64,000 nt of DNA from an uncultured Clostridia bacterium (GCA_944337235.1 CALVLK010000003.1:1289-65288), one strand, 5' to 3'; counted from the stretch's first letter, positions 38,530-50,174 are shown. The notes: generated by a model not told the origin, from the sequence alone. Numbers and translations are program-made.

Positions 38530-38715
38530 TTACCAGCTTGATTTCTTCACGCCGGGGATCTGTCCCTTATATGCAAGATTTCTGAAGCAGATACGGCAGA
38601 TACCGTACTTTCTCAGAACCGCATGAGGTCTTCCGCAGATGGAGCAACGGGTATAAGCTCTCGTGGAAAACTTGGGCGTTCTTTGCTGTTTACTGATCAT
38701 TGACTTCTTTGCCAT
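38530..38715 (-). CDS. rpsN: 30S ribosomal protein S14 (type Z, zinc-binding)
   Basis: 61 aa starting [30 protein letters not shown]...CRICF. Confidence 0.95.
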   Translation of the reverse strand: MAKKSMISKQQRTPKFSTRAYTRCSICGRPHAVLRKYGICRICFRNLAYKGQIPGVKKSSW

Positions 38716-38725
38716 GTCTCTCTCC

Positions 38726-39334
38726 TCACTTCTTGAAGGGCATTCCGAGCGCCGCCAGCAGCTCTCTTGCTTCTTCGTCCGTCTGCGCCGTGGTGACAAA
38801 GCAGACATCCATGCCACGGATCTTCTCGACCTGATCGTAGGTGATCTCGGGGAAGATCAGCTGCTCCTTGAGCCCCATGGAATAGTTTCCTCTTCCGTCG
38901 AATGCCTTGGCGGAAACGCCGCGGAAGTCGCGCACTCTGGGAAGCGCGATCGACACGAGCTTATCGTAGAAGTCGTACATGCGTCTGCCGCGCAGCGTCA
39001 CCTTGAGACCGATGTTCATGCCCTCTCTCACCTTGAAGTTTGCGACGGACTTGGTCGCCTTGCAGTAGATGGGCTTCTGGCCGGTGATGAGCTTGAGCTC
39101 GTTTTCGGTGGTCTGCATGGACTTCTGATTGTCTTTGATGTCGCCGAGGCCTGTGTTGATGACGATCTTCACGAGGCGGGGGACCTGCATGACCGACTTG
39201 TAGCCGAACTTCTTCATGAGGTAGGGCACGACTTCCTTGTCGTACATCACCTTCACTCTGCTCGGTTCGGCCTTGACCGCCTTGAGTGCGGCGGTTTCGG
39301 TCTTCTTTGCCTTTGCAGTCTTCTTCTCTGCCAT
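38726..39334 (-). CDS. rplE: 50S ribosomal protein L5 (Lys/Ala-rich N-terminal extension)
   Basis: 202 aa. The L5 core starts near [22 protein letters not shown] before [11 protein letters not shown]. Confidence 0.95.
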   Translation of the reverse strand: MAEKKTAKAKKTETAALKAVKAEPSRVKVMYDKEVVPYLMKKFGYKSVMQVPRLVKIVINTGLGDIKDNQKSMQTTENELKLITGQKPIYCKATKSVANFKVREGMNIGLKVTLRGRRMYDFYDKLVSIALPRVRDFRGVSAKAFDGRGNYSMGLKEQLIFPEITYDQVEKIRGMDVCFVTTAQTDEEARELLAALGMPFKK

Positions 39335-39355
39335 ATTTACTCCTTACCGTTGGCC

Positions 39356-39814
39356 TTATTCTTCGCCCGTAACAGCGGACGTGCTCTCAACGGTCTCCGT
39401 CTGATTTTCGGCTGCCTTCTGGCTGCGCTTTCTCGTTCTCTTCTTGGGAGCCTCTTCCTTCGTCTCTTCAACGGCCTTGGCTGCCTTTGCCTTCTTGACA
39501 TAGGCGGTATCGAGCACGGCGCCGCACTTTTTGCAGACGCGTACCTTCTTTCCGTCTACCATGGCATGGCCCACCCTTGTCGCCTTGCCGCACTTTGCGC
39601 AGACCACGGCGACGTTGGATGCGTCGATGGGGCTCTCTTCCGTCACGATCTTGCTCGTTTCGTTTGCCTTTCTTGCCTTTTCGTGCTTGTGGACGATGGC
39701 AACACCCTCCACAACCACCTTGTTGCGCCCGGGCTGCGTGGCAAGGACCTTGCCCTGCTTGCCCTTATATTTGCCCGTCAGTACGAGCACGTTGTCATTC
39801 ACTTTGATCTTCAT
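39356..39814 (-). CDS. rplX: 50S ribosomal protein L24 (CxxC..CxxC insert and charged C-terminal tail)
   Basis: 152 aa with KOW N-terminus MKIKVNDNVLVLTGKYKGKQGKV. CAKCG...CKKCG motif and a roughly 45-aa K/A/E-rich tail. Confidence 0.95.
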   Translation of the reverse strand: MKIKVNDNVLVLTGKYKGKQGKVLATQPGRNKVVVEGVAIVHKHEKARKANETSKIVTEESPIDASNVAVVCAKCGKATRVGHAMVDGKKVRVCKKCGAVLDTAYVKKAKAAKAVEETKEEAPKKRTRKRSQKAAENQTETVESTSAVTGEE

Positions 39815-39824
39815 AGCGCACTCC

Positions 39825-40193
39825 TTACAATACTTCGGGGGCGAGGGAGATGATCCTCATGTAATCTTTCTCTCTCAGTTCTCTTGCGATGGGTCCAAAG
39901 ATACGCGTACCCTTGGGCTGCTTCTGATTATCGATGATGACGGCAGCGTTATCATCGAAGCGGATGTAGGTGCCGTCGGGACGGCGGATGCCCTTTGCGC
40001 TTCTGACGATGACCGCTTTGACGACATCGCCCTTTTTGACTGCGCCGCCTGGGGTAGCAGTCTTGACGGACGCCACAATGACGTCCCCGATGTTGCCGCT
40101 CCTGCGGAAGGACCCGCCCAGAACGCGAATGCACATGAGCTCTTTTGCGCCCGAGTTGTCCGCCGCTTTCAGCCTTGTTTGAGGTTGTATCAT
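39825..40193 (-). CDS. rplN: 50S ribosomal protein L14
   Basis: 122 aa starting [18 protein letters not shown]. Confidence 0.98.
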   Translation of the reverse strand: MIQPQTRLKAADNSGAKELMCIRVLGGSFRRSGNIGDVIVASVKTATPGGAVKKGDVVKAVIVRSAKGIRRPDGTYIRFDDNAAVIIDNQKQPKGTRIFGPIARELREKDYMRIISLAPEVL

Positions 40194-40211
40194 TGCTCTT
40201 CTCCTTATTCC

Positions 40212-40475
40212 TTACTTGGCTCTCTCGACGATCTCGGCAACTCTCCAGTTCTTGTCCTTGCTGAGCTTTCTCGTCTCTACAATGCGCACCTTGTCGCCGA
40301 CGACGCATTCGTTGGTTTCGTCATGTGCCTTAAAGCGCTTGGTGCGCGTGATCGTCTTCTTGTACACGGGGTGCTTTCTCTTATCCGTGACTGCAACGAC
40401 GACCGTCTTATCCATCTTGTCGGAAACAACGATCCCGACTCTCTCTTTTCTCAGATTTCTTTCCATGTCAGCCAC
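40212..40475 (-). CDS. rpsQ: 30S ribosomal protein S17
   Basis: 87 aa containing [19 protein letters not shown]. Confidence 0.97.
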   Translation of the reverse strand: MADMERNLRKERVGIVVSDKMDKTVVVAVTDKRKHPVYKKTITRTKRFKAHDETNECVVGDKVRIVETRKLSKDKNWRVAEIVERAK

Positions 40476-40476
40476 C

Positions 40477-40671
40477 TTATGCCTTCTTTACTTCCCGTGC
40501 ACGGATCTCCGTATTCACTCTTGCAATGTCCCTCTTGCAGTTCCGGATGGAAAGAGGATTCTCCAATTGACCGGAAACATGACGGAACCGAAGACTGAAC
40601 AGCTCGCTCTTAAGCTCCTTGAGCTTTGCCGCAAGCTCGACATCGGTCATGTTCTGAAATTCCTTTTTCAT
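40477..40671 (-). CDS. rpmC: 50S ribosomal protein L29
   Basis: 64 aa containing [13 protein letters not shown]. Confidence 0.95.
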   Translation of the reverse strand: MKKEFQNMTDVELAAKLKELKSELFSLRFRHVSGQLENPLSIRNCKRDIARVNTEIRAREVKKA

Positions 40672-41117
40672 CAGACTTCACCGCCTTCTGCAGTATTTTC
40701 GGTGCCAGCCGTCTCCTTTTTGACAAACTTGCACTTGACGGGGAGCTTGTGCGAAGCAAGGCGCATCGCCTCGCGCGCGATCTCCTCCGAAACGCCGGCC
40801 ATTTCAAACATGACTCTGCCCGGCTTGACAACGGCGACCCAGAATTCGACGGCGCCCTTACCGGAACCCATACGGGCTTCGGCGGGATGGCGCGTGATGG
40901 GCTTGTGGGGGAAGATATCGATCCAGACCTTGCCGCCGCGCTTGATGAAACGGGTCATTGCAATACGCGCAGCCTCGATCTGGTTGGATTTGATCCAGCC
41001 GCCCTCTTCGGCGACGAGGCCGTATTCGCCGTAGGCAATGTAGTTGCCCTTCTGTGCAGCGCCCTTGATCTTGCCGCGGTGCTGCTTTCTTCTTTTCACT
41101 CTCTTCGGGATTAACAT
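40671..41117 (-). CDS. rplP: 50S ribosomal protein L16
   Basis: 148 aa starting [15 protein letters not shown]. Confidence 0.98.
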   Translation of the reverse strand: MLIPKRVKRRKQHRGKIKGAAQKGNYIAYGEYGLVAEEGGWIKSNQIEAARIAMTRFIKRGGKVWIDIFPHKPITRHPAEARMGSGKGAVEFWVAVVKPGRVMFEMAGVSEEIAREAMRLASHKLPVKCKFVKKETAGTENTAEGGEV

Positions 41118-41773
41118 TATTTGCCTCCTTCCGCTCTCTTTGCGCCGAGGACTTCACCCTTGTAGATCCAGCACTTTACGCCGATCATGCCAAAGGTGGT
41201 ATGTGCTTCTGCAAAGCCGTAGTCAATGTCCGCACGCAGCGTCTGAAGGGGAATGCTCCCCTCGTGGTAATGCTCGCTGCCCGCGATCTCGCGCCCGTCG
41301 AGGCGGCCGCTGACCTGCATCTTGACGCCCTTGACGCCTGCACGCATCGTTCTGCCGATCGCCTGCTTGACCGCACGGCGGTAGGAGATACGCTTTTCAA
41401 GCTGCGCCGCGACGCTCTCTGCAACGAGCTGTGCGTCTGCGTCGATCTTGCGGACCTCGGTCACGTTGATGTTGATCTGCTTGCCCTTGGTGAGCTTTGC
41501 AAGGTCCTTCTTGATGACCTCGATCTCCGCGCCCGACTTACCGATGAGCACACCGGGACGACCCGTCTGAATGGTCACAACGATCCTGCCCGCAGCACGC
41601 TCGATGAGGATGCGGGAGACCGCCGCCTGATAGTATTTCTTTTTGAGGAAGGTACGGATGGTATAGTCTTCCTTGAGAAAAGCGGAAAACTCCTTCTTAT
41701 CGGCATACCACTGGGTATCCCAGCCCTTGATGACGCCGACTCTGAGACCGTGAGGATTTACTTTCTGACCCAT
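41117..41773 (-). CDS. rpsC: 30S ribosomal protein S3
   Basis: 218 aa starting [13 protein letters not shown]. Confidence 0.98.
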   Translation of the reverse strand: MGQKVNPHGLRVGVIKGWDTQWYADKKEFSAFLKEDYTIRTFLKKKYYQAAVSRILIERAAGRIVVTIQTGRPGVLIGKSGAEIEVIKKDLAKLTKGKQININVTEVRKIDADAQLVAESVAAQLEKRISYRRAVKQAIGRTMRAGVKGVKMQVSGRLDGREIAGSEHYHEGSIPLQTLRADIDYGFAEAHTTFGMIGVKCWIYKGEVLGAKRAEGGK

Positions 41774-41774
41774 G

Positions 41775-42176
41775 TTAGTTGACTCCTTCCGTATTCTTCA
41801 CATCGAGGATGACCGTGATGTGGCTCGTTCTCTTGAGGATCGCATGTCCTCTCCCCTTGCTAACCGGCTGCATTCTCTTGAGCATCGTGCCGCCGTCTGC
41901 ATAGCATGCCGCAACGTACAGATCGGATCTGTCCATCTGCTGATTGTGCTCCGCATTGGCGACCGCGCTCATCAGCACCTTCTTGGTGGGCGCCGCACCG
42001 CCGTTGGGGCAGTGCTCGAGGATCGCCTTGGCGTCCGCCACGCTCTTGCCGCGGATGAGATCAAGCACCTGCCTGACCTTATAGGGGGAAATTCTTACAT
42101 ATCTTGCGACCGCGTAGGGGCGTTTCTCTCTCTTTGCCTCTACTCTTTCGGCCTTCTTCTTCATATTACCCGCCAT
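41775..42176 (-). CDS. rplV: 50S ribosomal protein L22
   Basis: 133 aa containing [21 protein letters not shown]. Confidence 0.96.
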   Translation of the reverse strand: MAGNMKKKAERVEAKREKRPYAVARYVRISPYKVRQVLDLIRGKSVADAKAILEHCPNGGAAPTKKVLMSAVANAEHNQQMDRSDLYVAACYADGGTMLKRMQPVSKGRGHAILKRTSHITVILDVKNTEGVN

Positions 42177-42189
42177 TGTTTACTCCTCC

Positions 42190-42468
42190 TTATTTCCCGG
42201 GCGACGTCGTCTTAGCCGTGTGTCCGCGGAATGTTCTCGTGGGGGCAAACTCACCGAGTTTGCAGCCAACCATGTCTTCGGTGATATATACGGGTACATG
42301 CTTTCTGCCGTCGTACACGGCGATCGTGTGCCCCACCATCTGAGGGAAGATCGTCGACGCTCTCGACCAGGTTTTCAGCACCTTTTTCTCGTTTGCCTCG
42401 TTCAGCGCCTCGATCCGTGCAAGGAGCTTGGCTTCGACGTAAGGCCCTTTCTTAATACTTCTCGACAT
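42190..42468 (-). CDS. rpsS: 30S ribosomal protein S19
   Basis: 92 aa starting [11 protein letters not shown]. Confidence 0.98.
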   Translation of the reverse strand: MSRSIKKGPYVEAKLLARIEALNEANEKKVLKTWSRASTIFPQMVGHTIAVYDGRKHVPVYITEDMVGCKLGEFAPTRTFRGHTAKTTSPGK

Positions 42469-42482
42469 ATCCTTATCTCTCC

Positions 42483-43310
42483 TCAGTTGATTCTCTTCAA
42501 AATGAACTTGCTCGTCGGGTTCTTCTTCTTTCTCGTCTTATAGCCGAGCGCAGGCTTGCCCCAAGGAGTCTGAGGACCTGCATGACCGACGGGAGACTTG
42601 CCTTCGCCGCCGCCGTGAGGGTGGTCGTTGGGGTTCATGACCGAACCGCGGACGGTGGGTCTTACGCCGAGGTGGCGCGTCTTGCCCGCCTTGCCCACGC
42701 GGATGATCTCGTGCTCGACGTTGCCGACCTGGCCGATCGTCGCTCTGCACTCTGCGGGGATGAGACGCATCTCGCCCGAAGGCATCTTGACGGTCGCATA
42801 TGCGCCCTCGCACGCCATGATCTGGGCTGCGATACCTGCGCTGCGGGCGATCTGTCCGCCGCGGCCGGGCTTCATTTCGATGTTATGGATCATCGTACCG
42901 ACGGGGATATCCTTGATGGCAAGCGCGTTGCCGACCTTGATGTCTGCCCCCGTGCCGCTCATTACCTTGTCGCCGACGTTGAGCCCGACGGGCGCAAGGA
43001 TGTATCTCTTTTCGCCGTCCGCATAGGCGAGCAAAGCGATGTTCGCGCTGCGGTTGGGATCGTACTGGATGCTCTTGACGGTCGCGGGGATGCCGTCCTT
43101 ATTGCGCTTGAAATCGATGATGCGATATTTGCGCTTGTTGCCGCCGCCGATGTGGCGGACGGTGATGCGCCCCGCGTTGTTTCTGCCGCCCGACTTGCGC
43201 TGATCCTCGAGGAGGGAGCGCTCCGGCTTCTGCTTTGCGATCTCCCCGTAGACGGGAACGGTCATAAAGCGGCGCGCGGCGGATGTGGGTTTATATCTCT
43301 TGACTGCCAT
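42483..43310 (-). CDS. rplB: 50S ribosomal protein L2
   Basis: 275 aa starting [14 protein letters not shown]. Confidence 0.98.
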   Translation of the reverse strand: MAVKRYKPTSAARRFMTVPVYGEIAKQKPERSLLEDQRKSGGRNNAGRITVRHIGGGNKRKYRIIDFKRNKDGIPATVKSIQYDPNRSANIALLAYADGEKRYILAPVGLNVGDKVMSGTGADIKVGNALAIKDIPVGTMIHNIEMKPGRGGQIARSAGIAAQIMACEGAYATVKMPSGEMRLIPAECRATIGQVGNVEHEIIRVGKAGKTRHLGVRPTVRGSVMNPNDHPHGGGEGKSPVGHAGPQTPWGKPALGYKTRKKKNPTSKFILKRIN

Positions 43311-43328
43311 TGCTGTTTTCCTCCGATA

Positions 43329-43658
43329 TTACGACAACGCGTTGAAATGTTCGATGGGCTTGGACTTTTCGGTCAGCTGCACGATCGCTTTCTTGCGGGT
43401 GGGGGTGTAGCCCTCGTTTCTGCCCATTCTCTTGAGCTTACCGCGGCAGGTGATCGTATGCACGCTTTCTACCTGCACGCCGAACATCTGCTCCACGGCG
43501 ATCTTGATCTGCGTCTTGTTCGCCGTCCTGGCGACGATGAAGGTGTACTTCTTGCCGTAGCTCTTCTTGTCCGTCTTTTCCTTGTCGGCGGGCTGAATGC
43601 CGTCGTAGCCCTTCTCGGTGAGTACGGGCCTGAGGATGATATCTTCGGGTGTCATCAT
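43329..43658 (-). CDS. rplW: 50S ribosomal protein L23
   Basis: 109 aa containing ILRPVLTEKG, with a short internal insertion. Confidence 0.93.
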   Translation of the reverse strand: MMTPEDIILRPVLTEKGYDGIQPADKEKTDKKSYGKKYTFIVARTANKTQIKIAVEQMFGVQVESVHTITCRGKLKRMGRNEGYTPTRKKAIVQLTEKSKPIEHFNALS

Positions 43659-44281
43659 AATGCGTATGCCTCCTCAAGTTTCTCCACGCAGCCCTTGGTC
43701 AGCACGATGATCGCGTTCGCCACGAGCGCATAGGTGTTGATCTCGTCGATGGACATGGTGGCAAGACCGGGGATATTGCGCGCCGCAAGCACGACGTCGC
43801 GATCCGCCTCGTCCATGAACACAAGCGTGCGCTTGTTCAGGTTGAGCGCCTTCTGGAATGCGACCATCTCTTTGGTCTTGGGTGCGGATACCTTGAGCTC
43901 GTCCACGACGAACAGTTCGCCGTCTGCAAGCTTCTTGGAGAGCGCAGAGAGCATTGCTCCGCGCCTTGCGGTCTTGTTCATCTTCTTGGAGAAATCGCGG
44001 GGCTTGGGTGCGAATACCACGCCGCCCTTCGTCCACTGAGGCGCACGAATGGAGCCCTGACGCGCACGGCCCGTGCCCTTCTGTCTCCAGGGCTTGATGC
44101 CGCCGCCGCGCACTTCGGTGCGGGTGAGCGTGGACTTGGTGCCCTGACGACCGTTTGCAAGATAGGTGACAACCGCCTGATGAATGAGGGGTTCGTTGTA
44201 TTCTACGCCAAACACAGCGTCGTTGAGCTCCAGGCTGCCGACCTCTGCCCCCTGCATATTGTAAACTTTCACGTTTGCCAT
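43655..44281 (-). CDS. rplD: 50S ribosomal protein L4
   Basis: 208 aa containing RQGTKSTLTRTEVRGGGIKPWRQKGTGRAR. Confidence 0.97.
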   Translation of the reverse strand: MANVKVYNMQGAEVGSLELNDAVFGVEYNEPLIHQAVVTYLANGRQGTKSTLTRTEVRGGGIKPWRQKGTGRARQGSIRAPQWTKGGVVFAPKPRDFSKKMNKTARRGAMLSALSKKLADGELFVVDELKVSAPKTKEMVAFQKALNLNKRTLVFMDEADRDVVLAARNIPGLATMSIDEINTYALVANAIIVLTKGCVEKLEEAYAL

Positions 44282-44282
44282 A

Positions 44283-44927
44283 TTAGTTCTCCTTCTTTGC
44301 CTTTACGCTGTCGGAAAGCGTAACTACGCTGCCCTTGGGCCCGGGGATCGCCCCCTTGACAAGGATGACGTTTCTGGCGGCGTCTACCCGCACGACCTCG
44401 AGGTTCTGAATGGTGACGCGCTCAACGCCGTACTGGCCCGCAAGATGCTTCTGCTTGAACACGCGCGAGGGGGTGCTGTTTGCGCCCATGGAGCCGGGTT
44501 CGCGGTGAACGGGGCCGACGCCGTGCGTTTCCTTGAGGCGGTGCTGGTTCCAGCGCTTGATGACGCCCGTATAGCCATGGCCCTTGGTGATGCCCATGAC
44601 GTCGATCTTGTCGCCGGCGGCAAACACGTCTGCCTTGACTTCGTCGCCGACCTTATAGCTGTCGACGTTTGCAAGACGGACCTCTTTGAGGACCTTGCAG
44701 GGCTTTACCCCCGCCTTCTTGAACTGTCCGAGTTCTGGCTTGTTGAGCAGGCTTTCGCGCGTTGCGCCGAAGCCGAGCTTGAGCGCGGTGTATCCGTCCG
44801 TTCCGACCGTCTTGATCTGAACGACAGGGCAGGGACCCGCTTCAACTACCGTGACGGGGATGATCTTCCCGTCCTCCGCAAAGATCTGCGTCATGCCGAT
44901 CTTGCGGCCGATGATTGCTTTATTCAT
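44283..44927 (-). CDS. rplC: 50S ribosomal protein L3
   Basis: 214 aa starting MNKAIIGRKIGMTQIF. Confidence 0.97.
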   Translation of the reverse strand: MNKAIIGRKIGMTQIFAEDGKIIPVTVVEAGPCPVVQIKTVGTDGYTALKLGFGATRESLLNKPELGQFKKAGVKPCKVLKEVRLANVDSYKVGDEVKADVFAAGDKIDVMGITKGHGYTGVIKRWNQHRLKETHGVGPVHREPGSMGANSTPSRVFKQKHLAGQYGVERVTIQNLEVVRVDAARNVILVKGAIPGPKGSVVTLSDSVKAKKEN

Positions 44928-44979
44928 TGATAAAGTTCACTCCTTATGTTTTTTATGTGAATACCTTATATATAAAGTA

Positions 44980-45279
44980 TTACAGTTTCACTTTGATGTC
45001 GACGCCTGCGGGCAGGTGGATGCTGTCGAGCAGTTTTGCGTTGGGGGAATAGATGTCGATGATGCGCTTGTGCGTGCGCATTTCGAACTGTTCGCGCGAG
45101 TCCTTATATTTGTGCGGGCATCTGAGAATGGTGACCACTTCGCGCTCGGTGGGGAGCGGGATGGGGCCGGAGATCTTTGCGCCGCCCTTCTGCATCGTTT
45201 CGACAATGCGCTGCGCTGCCTGGTCTACCAGGTCGTGATCGTACGCAGAAAGTTTGATTCTGATTCTTTGACTTGCCAT
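44980..45279 (-). CDS. rpsJ: 30S ribosomal protein S10
   Basis: Start [15 protein letters not shown] follows an AGGAGA RBS. Confidence 0.97.
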   Translation of the reverse strand: MASQRIRIKLSAYDHDLVDQAAQRIVETMQKGGAKISGPIPLPTEREVVTILRCPHKYKDSREQFEMRTHKRIIDIYSPNAKLLDSIHLPAGVDIKVKL

Positions 45280-45512
45280 TTGCTTTCTCCTGATTTTTAT
45301 ACTAACTTGTTTATTTGTGTCAACGCATCCGTGCGTATCGAGGTCCTGCAATCAAAAAAACACGCGTTTTTGCGGTGTTTCTTCGCAAAAGCCTCGGTTA
45401 GTCGCAGAGGTCGTGCCTCCACATTTGTCAACGGAAATTATCTGCCGAGGGGCTTTCCGCCTCGATTTTTCAGTAACTTCCCGTCTCAACCCTATACGCC
45501 GTAATGACACAG
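45280..45512 (-). promoter_or_regulatory. 5' leader of S10 operon with terminator-like hairpin/U-run
   Basis: About 230 nt between the upstream promoter and the rpsJ ATG. Hairpin plus U7 at about 45354-45380 on the minus strand. Confidence 0.35.
45296..45323 (-). promoter_or_regulatory. Second promoter-like element close to rpsJ
   Basis: Minus strand reads TTGACA, 16 nt, TATAAA. The predicted start would fall at or inside the RBS, so function is doubtful. Confidence 0.3.
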
Positions 45513-45519
45513 CTTGATT

Positions 45520-45548
45520 ATAATACCATGCCCGTCAAGATTTGTCAA
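45520..45548 (-). promoter_or_regulatory. Candidate main promoter of S10 operon
   Basis: Minus strand reads TTGACA, 17 nt, TATTAT. Confidence 0.5.
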
Positions 45549-45637
45549 GGATTTATACGATGATTTTATCGGTTTTTTTCCTTTTTTTTGCTCTTTTATT
45601 CCCTTCCCGCCCACATTTCTTGGGCTGAAGGGCAAAA

Positions 45638-45667
45638 TTTGTGCCCCTCTTGCGAGAGGGGCACAAA
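45638..45667 (-). terminator. Terminator after FtsX-type permease gene
   Basis: 13-bp stem TTTGTGCCCCTCT / AGAGGGGCACAAA followed by TTTTG on the minus strand. Confidence 0.7.
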
Positions 45668-45694
45668 ATCAAAACTGGACTATGTTTGCCCGCG

Positions 45695-47251
45695 TCAGGT
45701 TGCGGTGTGCGGGGATTTGCGGCGTTTGGGGGGAATGGCGGTGCCGGAGATGCAGTCGACAATGCTCTTTTTGAAGAACTTATGCACGGGCAGCGCCGCA
45801 CAGAGCAGCGGTACGGCGTAACACAGCGCCGCCAGAATGAGGACCGTCCAACCCGTATATTGCATAAGTCTCACATTGAACCTCGGAATCAGGAGCCATT
45901 CATACAAGAGCCCGTAATACAGCCCGAGCGAACCCGCAAGCGCGACGAGAAAGACGCATGTCGCCGTAAACAAGATATCGACGAGGAAGATGAGGCGGAT
46001 GTCCCCCCTTCCCGCGCCGAGCGAGCGCAGAATGCCCACCTGCCGCTGCCACGCCTCGATCGAGCGGGTCGTGAGGTGCCCGTTCAGCAGCAGGGCAAAT
46101 ATCCCGAAAAAAGCCCCCGCCACACAGCCGATGATCGCGATCGCCCACTCATCGCTGAACTGTTGTTCTTCCTCGGGAAACAGGCGATCCATGTTCGTCA
46201 GGCTTAGTCTGGTCTGCGTTTCACCCGCGAGCCCTGCCATATGGTAGTCGTACGCGAGCGAGACCGCTCGCTTCGCCTCGCCATAATTTGCAGGCGGCGT
46301 CGCAAACATGATATAGGTTGTCGGATTGTCCGCGATCCATTCCTCCGAAAAGACGGAGGCCTCTTCAAACCAATATCCGACCTTCTCCCGCGTGCTGTCG
46401 ACAATGCCCACGATTTCGAGCGGCTCCATGACGATCTGCCCGTCCGAAAGCATACGGAATCCGACCAGGTACTTGCCGATCAGATCCTGCATGTCTGTGA
46501 TCGGCTCCTCAGGCACTTCCGAGGCTGCAGCCTCCTGAAAATAAAAAAAAGGAAGCTCCATATTGTCACTTCTTTCCTCATTCAGGTCATAGATATACCG
46601 CCCCTGCCAGACATCAAGCCAATCTATATCGGTATCGTTGGATGATCCGTCATCGGCAGGAGGCGTTTGGGTATAGATTTCGGTGACGTCGCGATAGCCG
46701 TATTTTTGGAACAGCTCGTATGCGCCAACGCGCAGGGCGATCTGGTTCCTCTCCCTGGGATAATTCCCCGCCAACAGCGAAAAGCCCAATTCGCCAAGCG
46801 CCGCTTCGCTGCCCGCAACAGACCTTACCCGATCCGATTCCCACCGTTCGTTCTGCGAGTCCCGCCAATATTCGTCGGTGCGCCCAAAAAAATCCTCTGT
46901 GCGGTAGCTGGTCGAAACCATATAGATATAGTTTTTGCCCGTCTCCTCCAGGACCTGCTGCCGCACCGCCGCGGCCTCTTCTTCATTTTCGTTATAAAAA
47001 GAAAAATAGGTATAGGGATAATGGTAACGCGAGTTGTGGACGGGCTCTTCCTGCAGATAGCCCTCGGTGGTATAATAAAAAAAAGCGCGCGTATAGAGGT
47101 CGATATCACTGTAAAAAAAAGCAGTGCTTGCCAGGGCAAACAACATGAAGGAGAACGCAGAGAGAATGATGGTGATGATCCTGGTCGGCAGCCTGCTGCG
47201 ATCGCGCGCCATCAGACGAACGCCCACACGAAATAAATCTGATTTTTTCAT
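45695..47251 (-). CDS. FtsX/MacB-type ABC transporter permease (no adjacent ATPase)
   Basis: ATG at 47251 (MKKSDLFRVG). TM1, a roughly 330-aa extracytoplasmic domain, then a C-terminal 3-TM FtsX domain (RSLGAGRGDIRLIFLVD). Confidence 0.8.
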   Translation of the reverse strand: MKKSDLFRVGVRLMARDRSRLPTRIITIILSAFSFMLFALASTAFFYSDIDLYTRAFFYYTTEGYLQEEPVHNSRYHYPYTYFSFYNENEEEAAAVRQQVLEETGKNYIYMVSTSYRTEDFFGRTDEYWRDSQNERWESDRVRSVAGSEAALGELGFSLLAGNYPRERNQIALRVGAYELFQKYGYRDVTEIYTQTPPADDGSSNDTDIDWLDVWQGRYIYDLNEERSDNMELPFFYFQEAAASEVPEEPITDMQDLIGKYLVGFRMLSDGQIVMEPLEIVGIVDSTREKVGYWFEEASVFSEEWIADNPTTYIMFATPPANYGEAKRAVSLAYDYHMAGLAGETQTRLSLTNMDRLFPEEEQQFSDEWAIAIIGCVAGAFFGIFALLLNGHLTTRSIEAWQRQVGILRSLGAGRGDIRLIFLVDILFTATCVFLVALAGSLGLYYGLLYEWLLIPRFNVRLMQYTGWTVLILAALCYAVPLLCAALPVHKFFKKSIVDCISGTAIPPKRRKSPHTAT

Positions 47252-47399
47252 ATCGTATTCTTCCTTCAAATTTTAGTCGCCCGTGCCATAAAAGCCCGTG
47301 CGCCATAATATTTTGTCTGTTGCCTTATCTTTATTATATCATACCCCCTCTGTTTGTCAATCCCTCTATAAAAATTTTATGAAAAAATTTTGTACAGAA

Positions 47400-47429
47400 A
47401 AAGACCTTCGGGCGGAGCCGAAGGTCTTT
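47400..47429 (-). terminator. Terminator closing the protease-Opp operon
   Basis: 12-bp stem AAAGACCTTCGG / CCGAAGGTCTTT followed by a T-run on the minus strand. Confidence 0.7.
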
Positions 47430-47432
47430 GTG

Positions 47433-47729
47433 TTACAGTCTTCCTGCGATCGCAAGGATGATGATATAGAATATGGTGAGCGCAGCCAGGGTGCACAGCA
47501 TGGGGATGACCATCTTGCGCGCGACGGTAAAAAAGGTGCGCAGCTTTTCTTTGGCGGTGGACTTGCGGCGGGGCGGGCGTGTTTCGCCCTTATGCGTTCC
47601 GCTCATGTCCGCAACCGTAGAGCCGTCGTCGTAATAGACGATCTTTACCTTGCGCTTGGGCTCCTCTTGCTCTGTTTGGGACTGCTTGTCCTTATGTTTC
47701 AACTCATCCTCCTGAAATGCGCCGATCAT
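47433..47729 (-). CDS. Small tail-anchored membrane protein, translationally coupled to oppF
   Basis: 98 aa. ATGA overlap with the oppF stop. Charged N-region and a single C-terminal TM segment MVIPMLCTLAALTIFYIIILAIAG. Confidence 0.5.
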   Translation of the reverse strand: MIGAFQEDELKHKDKQSQTEQEEPKRKVKIVYYDDGSTVADMSGTHKGETRPPRRKSTAKEKLRTFFTVARKMVIPMLCTLAALTIFYIIILAIAGRL

Positions 47730-48830
47730 TCCTGCGGGTAGCAGTGGCAGGCAACGAAGTGCCCTGGCTCCTGCTCGCGATAGACAGGCGCAATGTGCGA
47801 ACAGATCTCCTTTGCCACAGGGCAGCGGGTGTGGAACTTGCAGCCCTTGGGCGGATTTGACGGGGAAGGAATATCCCCCTGCAGCACGATGCGGTGCATC
47901 TTGACGTCGGGATTGGGATTGGGAACGGCAGAGAACAGCGCCTGCGTGTAGGGGTGCAGCGGGTTGGAGAAGATGCTCTTCTTGTCGCCGAACTCTACCA
48001 TGGAACCGAGATACATGACGCCGATCTTATCCGAAATGTGCTTGACGACGGAGAGATCGTGCGAGATGAAGAGATAGGTGAAGCCCATGTTCTGCTGCAG
48101 GCTCTTGAGCAGGTTGATGATCTGCGCCTGAATGGACACGTCGAGCGCGGAAACCGGCTCGTCGCAGATGACAAGTTTGGGATTGACGGTGAGCGCACGC
48201 GCAATGCAGATCCTCTGGCGCTGGCCGCCGGAAAATTCGTGCGGGTAGCGCTCATAATAATAGTCCCGCAGGCCGCACTTATCCATGATGTCGAGCACGT
48301 AGTCCTTGACCTGATCCTTCGGTACGATCTTGTGCACGCGCACAGGCTCGGACAGGATGCCACCCACCGTACTGCGCGGCGGCAGCGAGGAGTAGGGATC
48401 CTGGAAGATGATCTGCATCTTGGTGCGCAAGGGGCGCATCTTCGAGGACTTATAGCCCGCGATATCCTGCCCCTCGAAGAAGATCTGCCCGTCGGTGGGC
48501 TGAATGAGTTTGAGCACCGTTCTGCCCAGCGTCGTCTTGCCGCAGCCCGACTCGCCGACGATGCCCAGCGTTTCGCCCGCCTTGAGCTTGAACGAAACGT
48601 CGTCTACCGCGCGCAGCCAGACCGTGACCTTGCCCGTAAAAGATTTTGCAACAGGGAAATATTTTTTCAGATGACGGACTTCGAGCAGCGCGTCGGGATC
48701 GGGCGGAAGCTCCTTGTCCTCCATTGCCTTGCGATCGCGCGCCTCTTGCTCCTTCGCCGCCTCTGCCGCGTCGTCAAAGCCCGCATATTCCCCCGTCGCC
48801 TCCACTTCGGGCGCGCCGGGTTCAATGATC

Positions 48831-48850
<20 letters not shown>
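47726..48850 (-). CDS. oppF: Oligopeptide ABC transporter ATP-binding protein (OppF-type) with acidic N-terminal extension
   Basis: Walker [18 protein letters not shown]-type signature FSGGQRQR, and a C-terminal oligopeptide-ABC domain. AAGGAG RBS favours ATG at 48850; the alternative is 48856. Confidence 0.9.
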
Positions 48851-50174
<1,324 letters not shown>

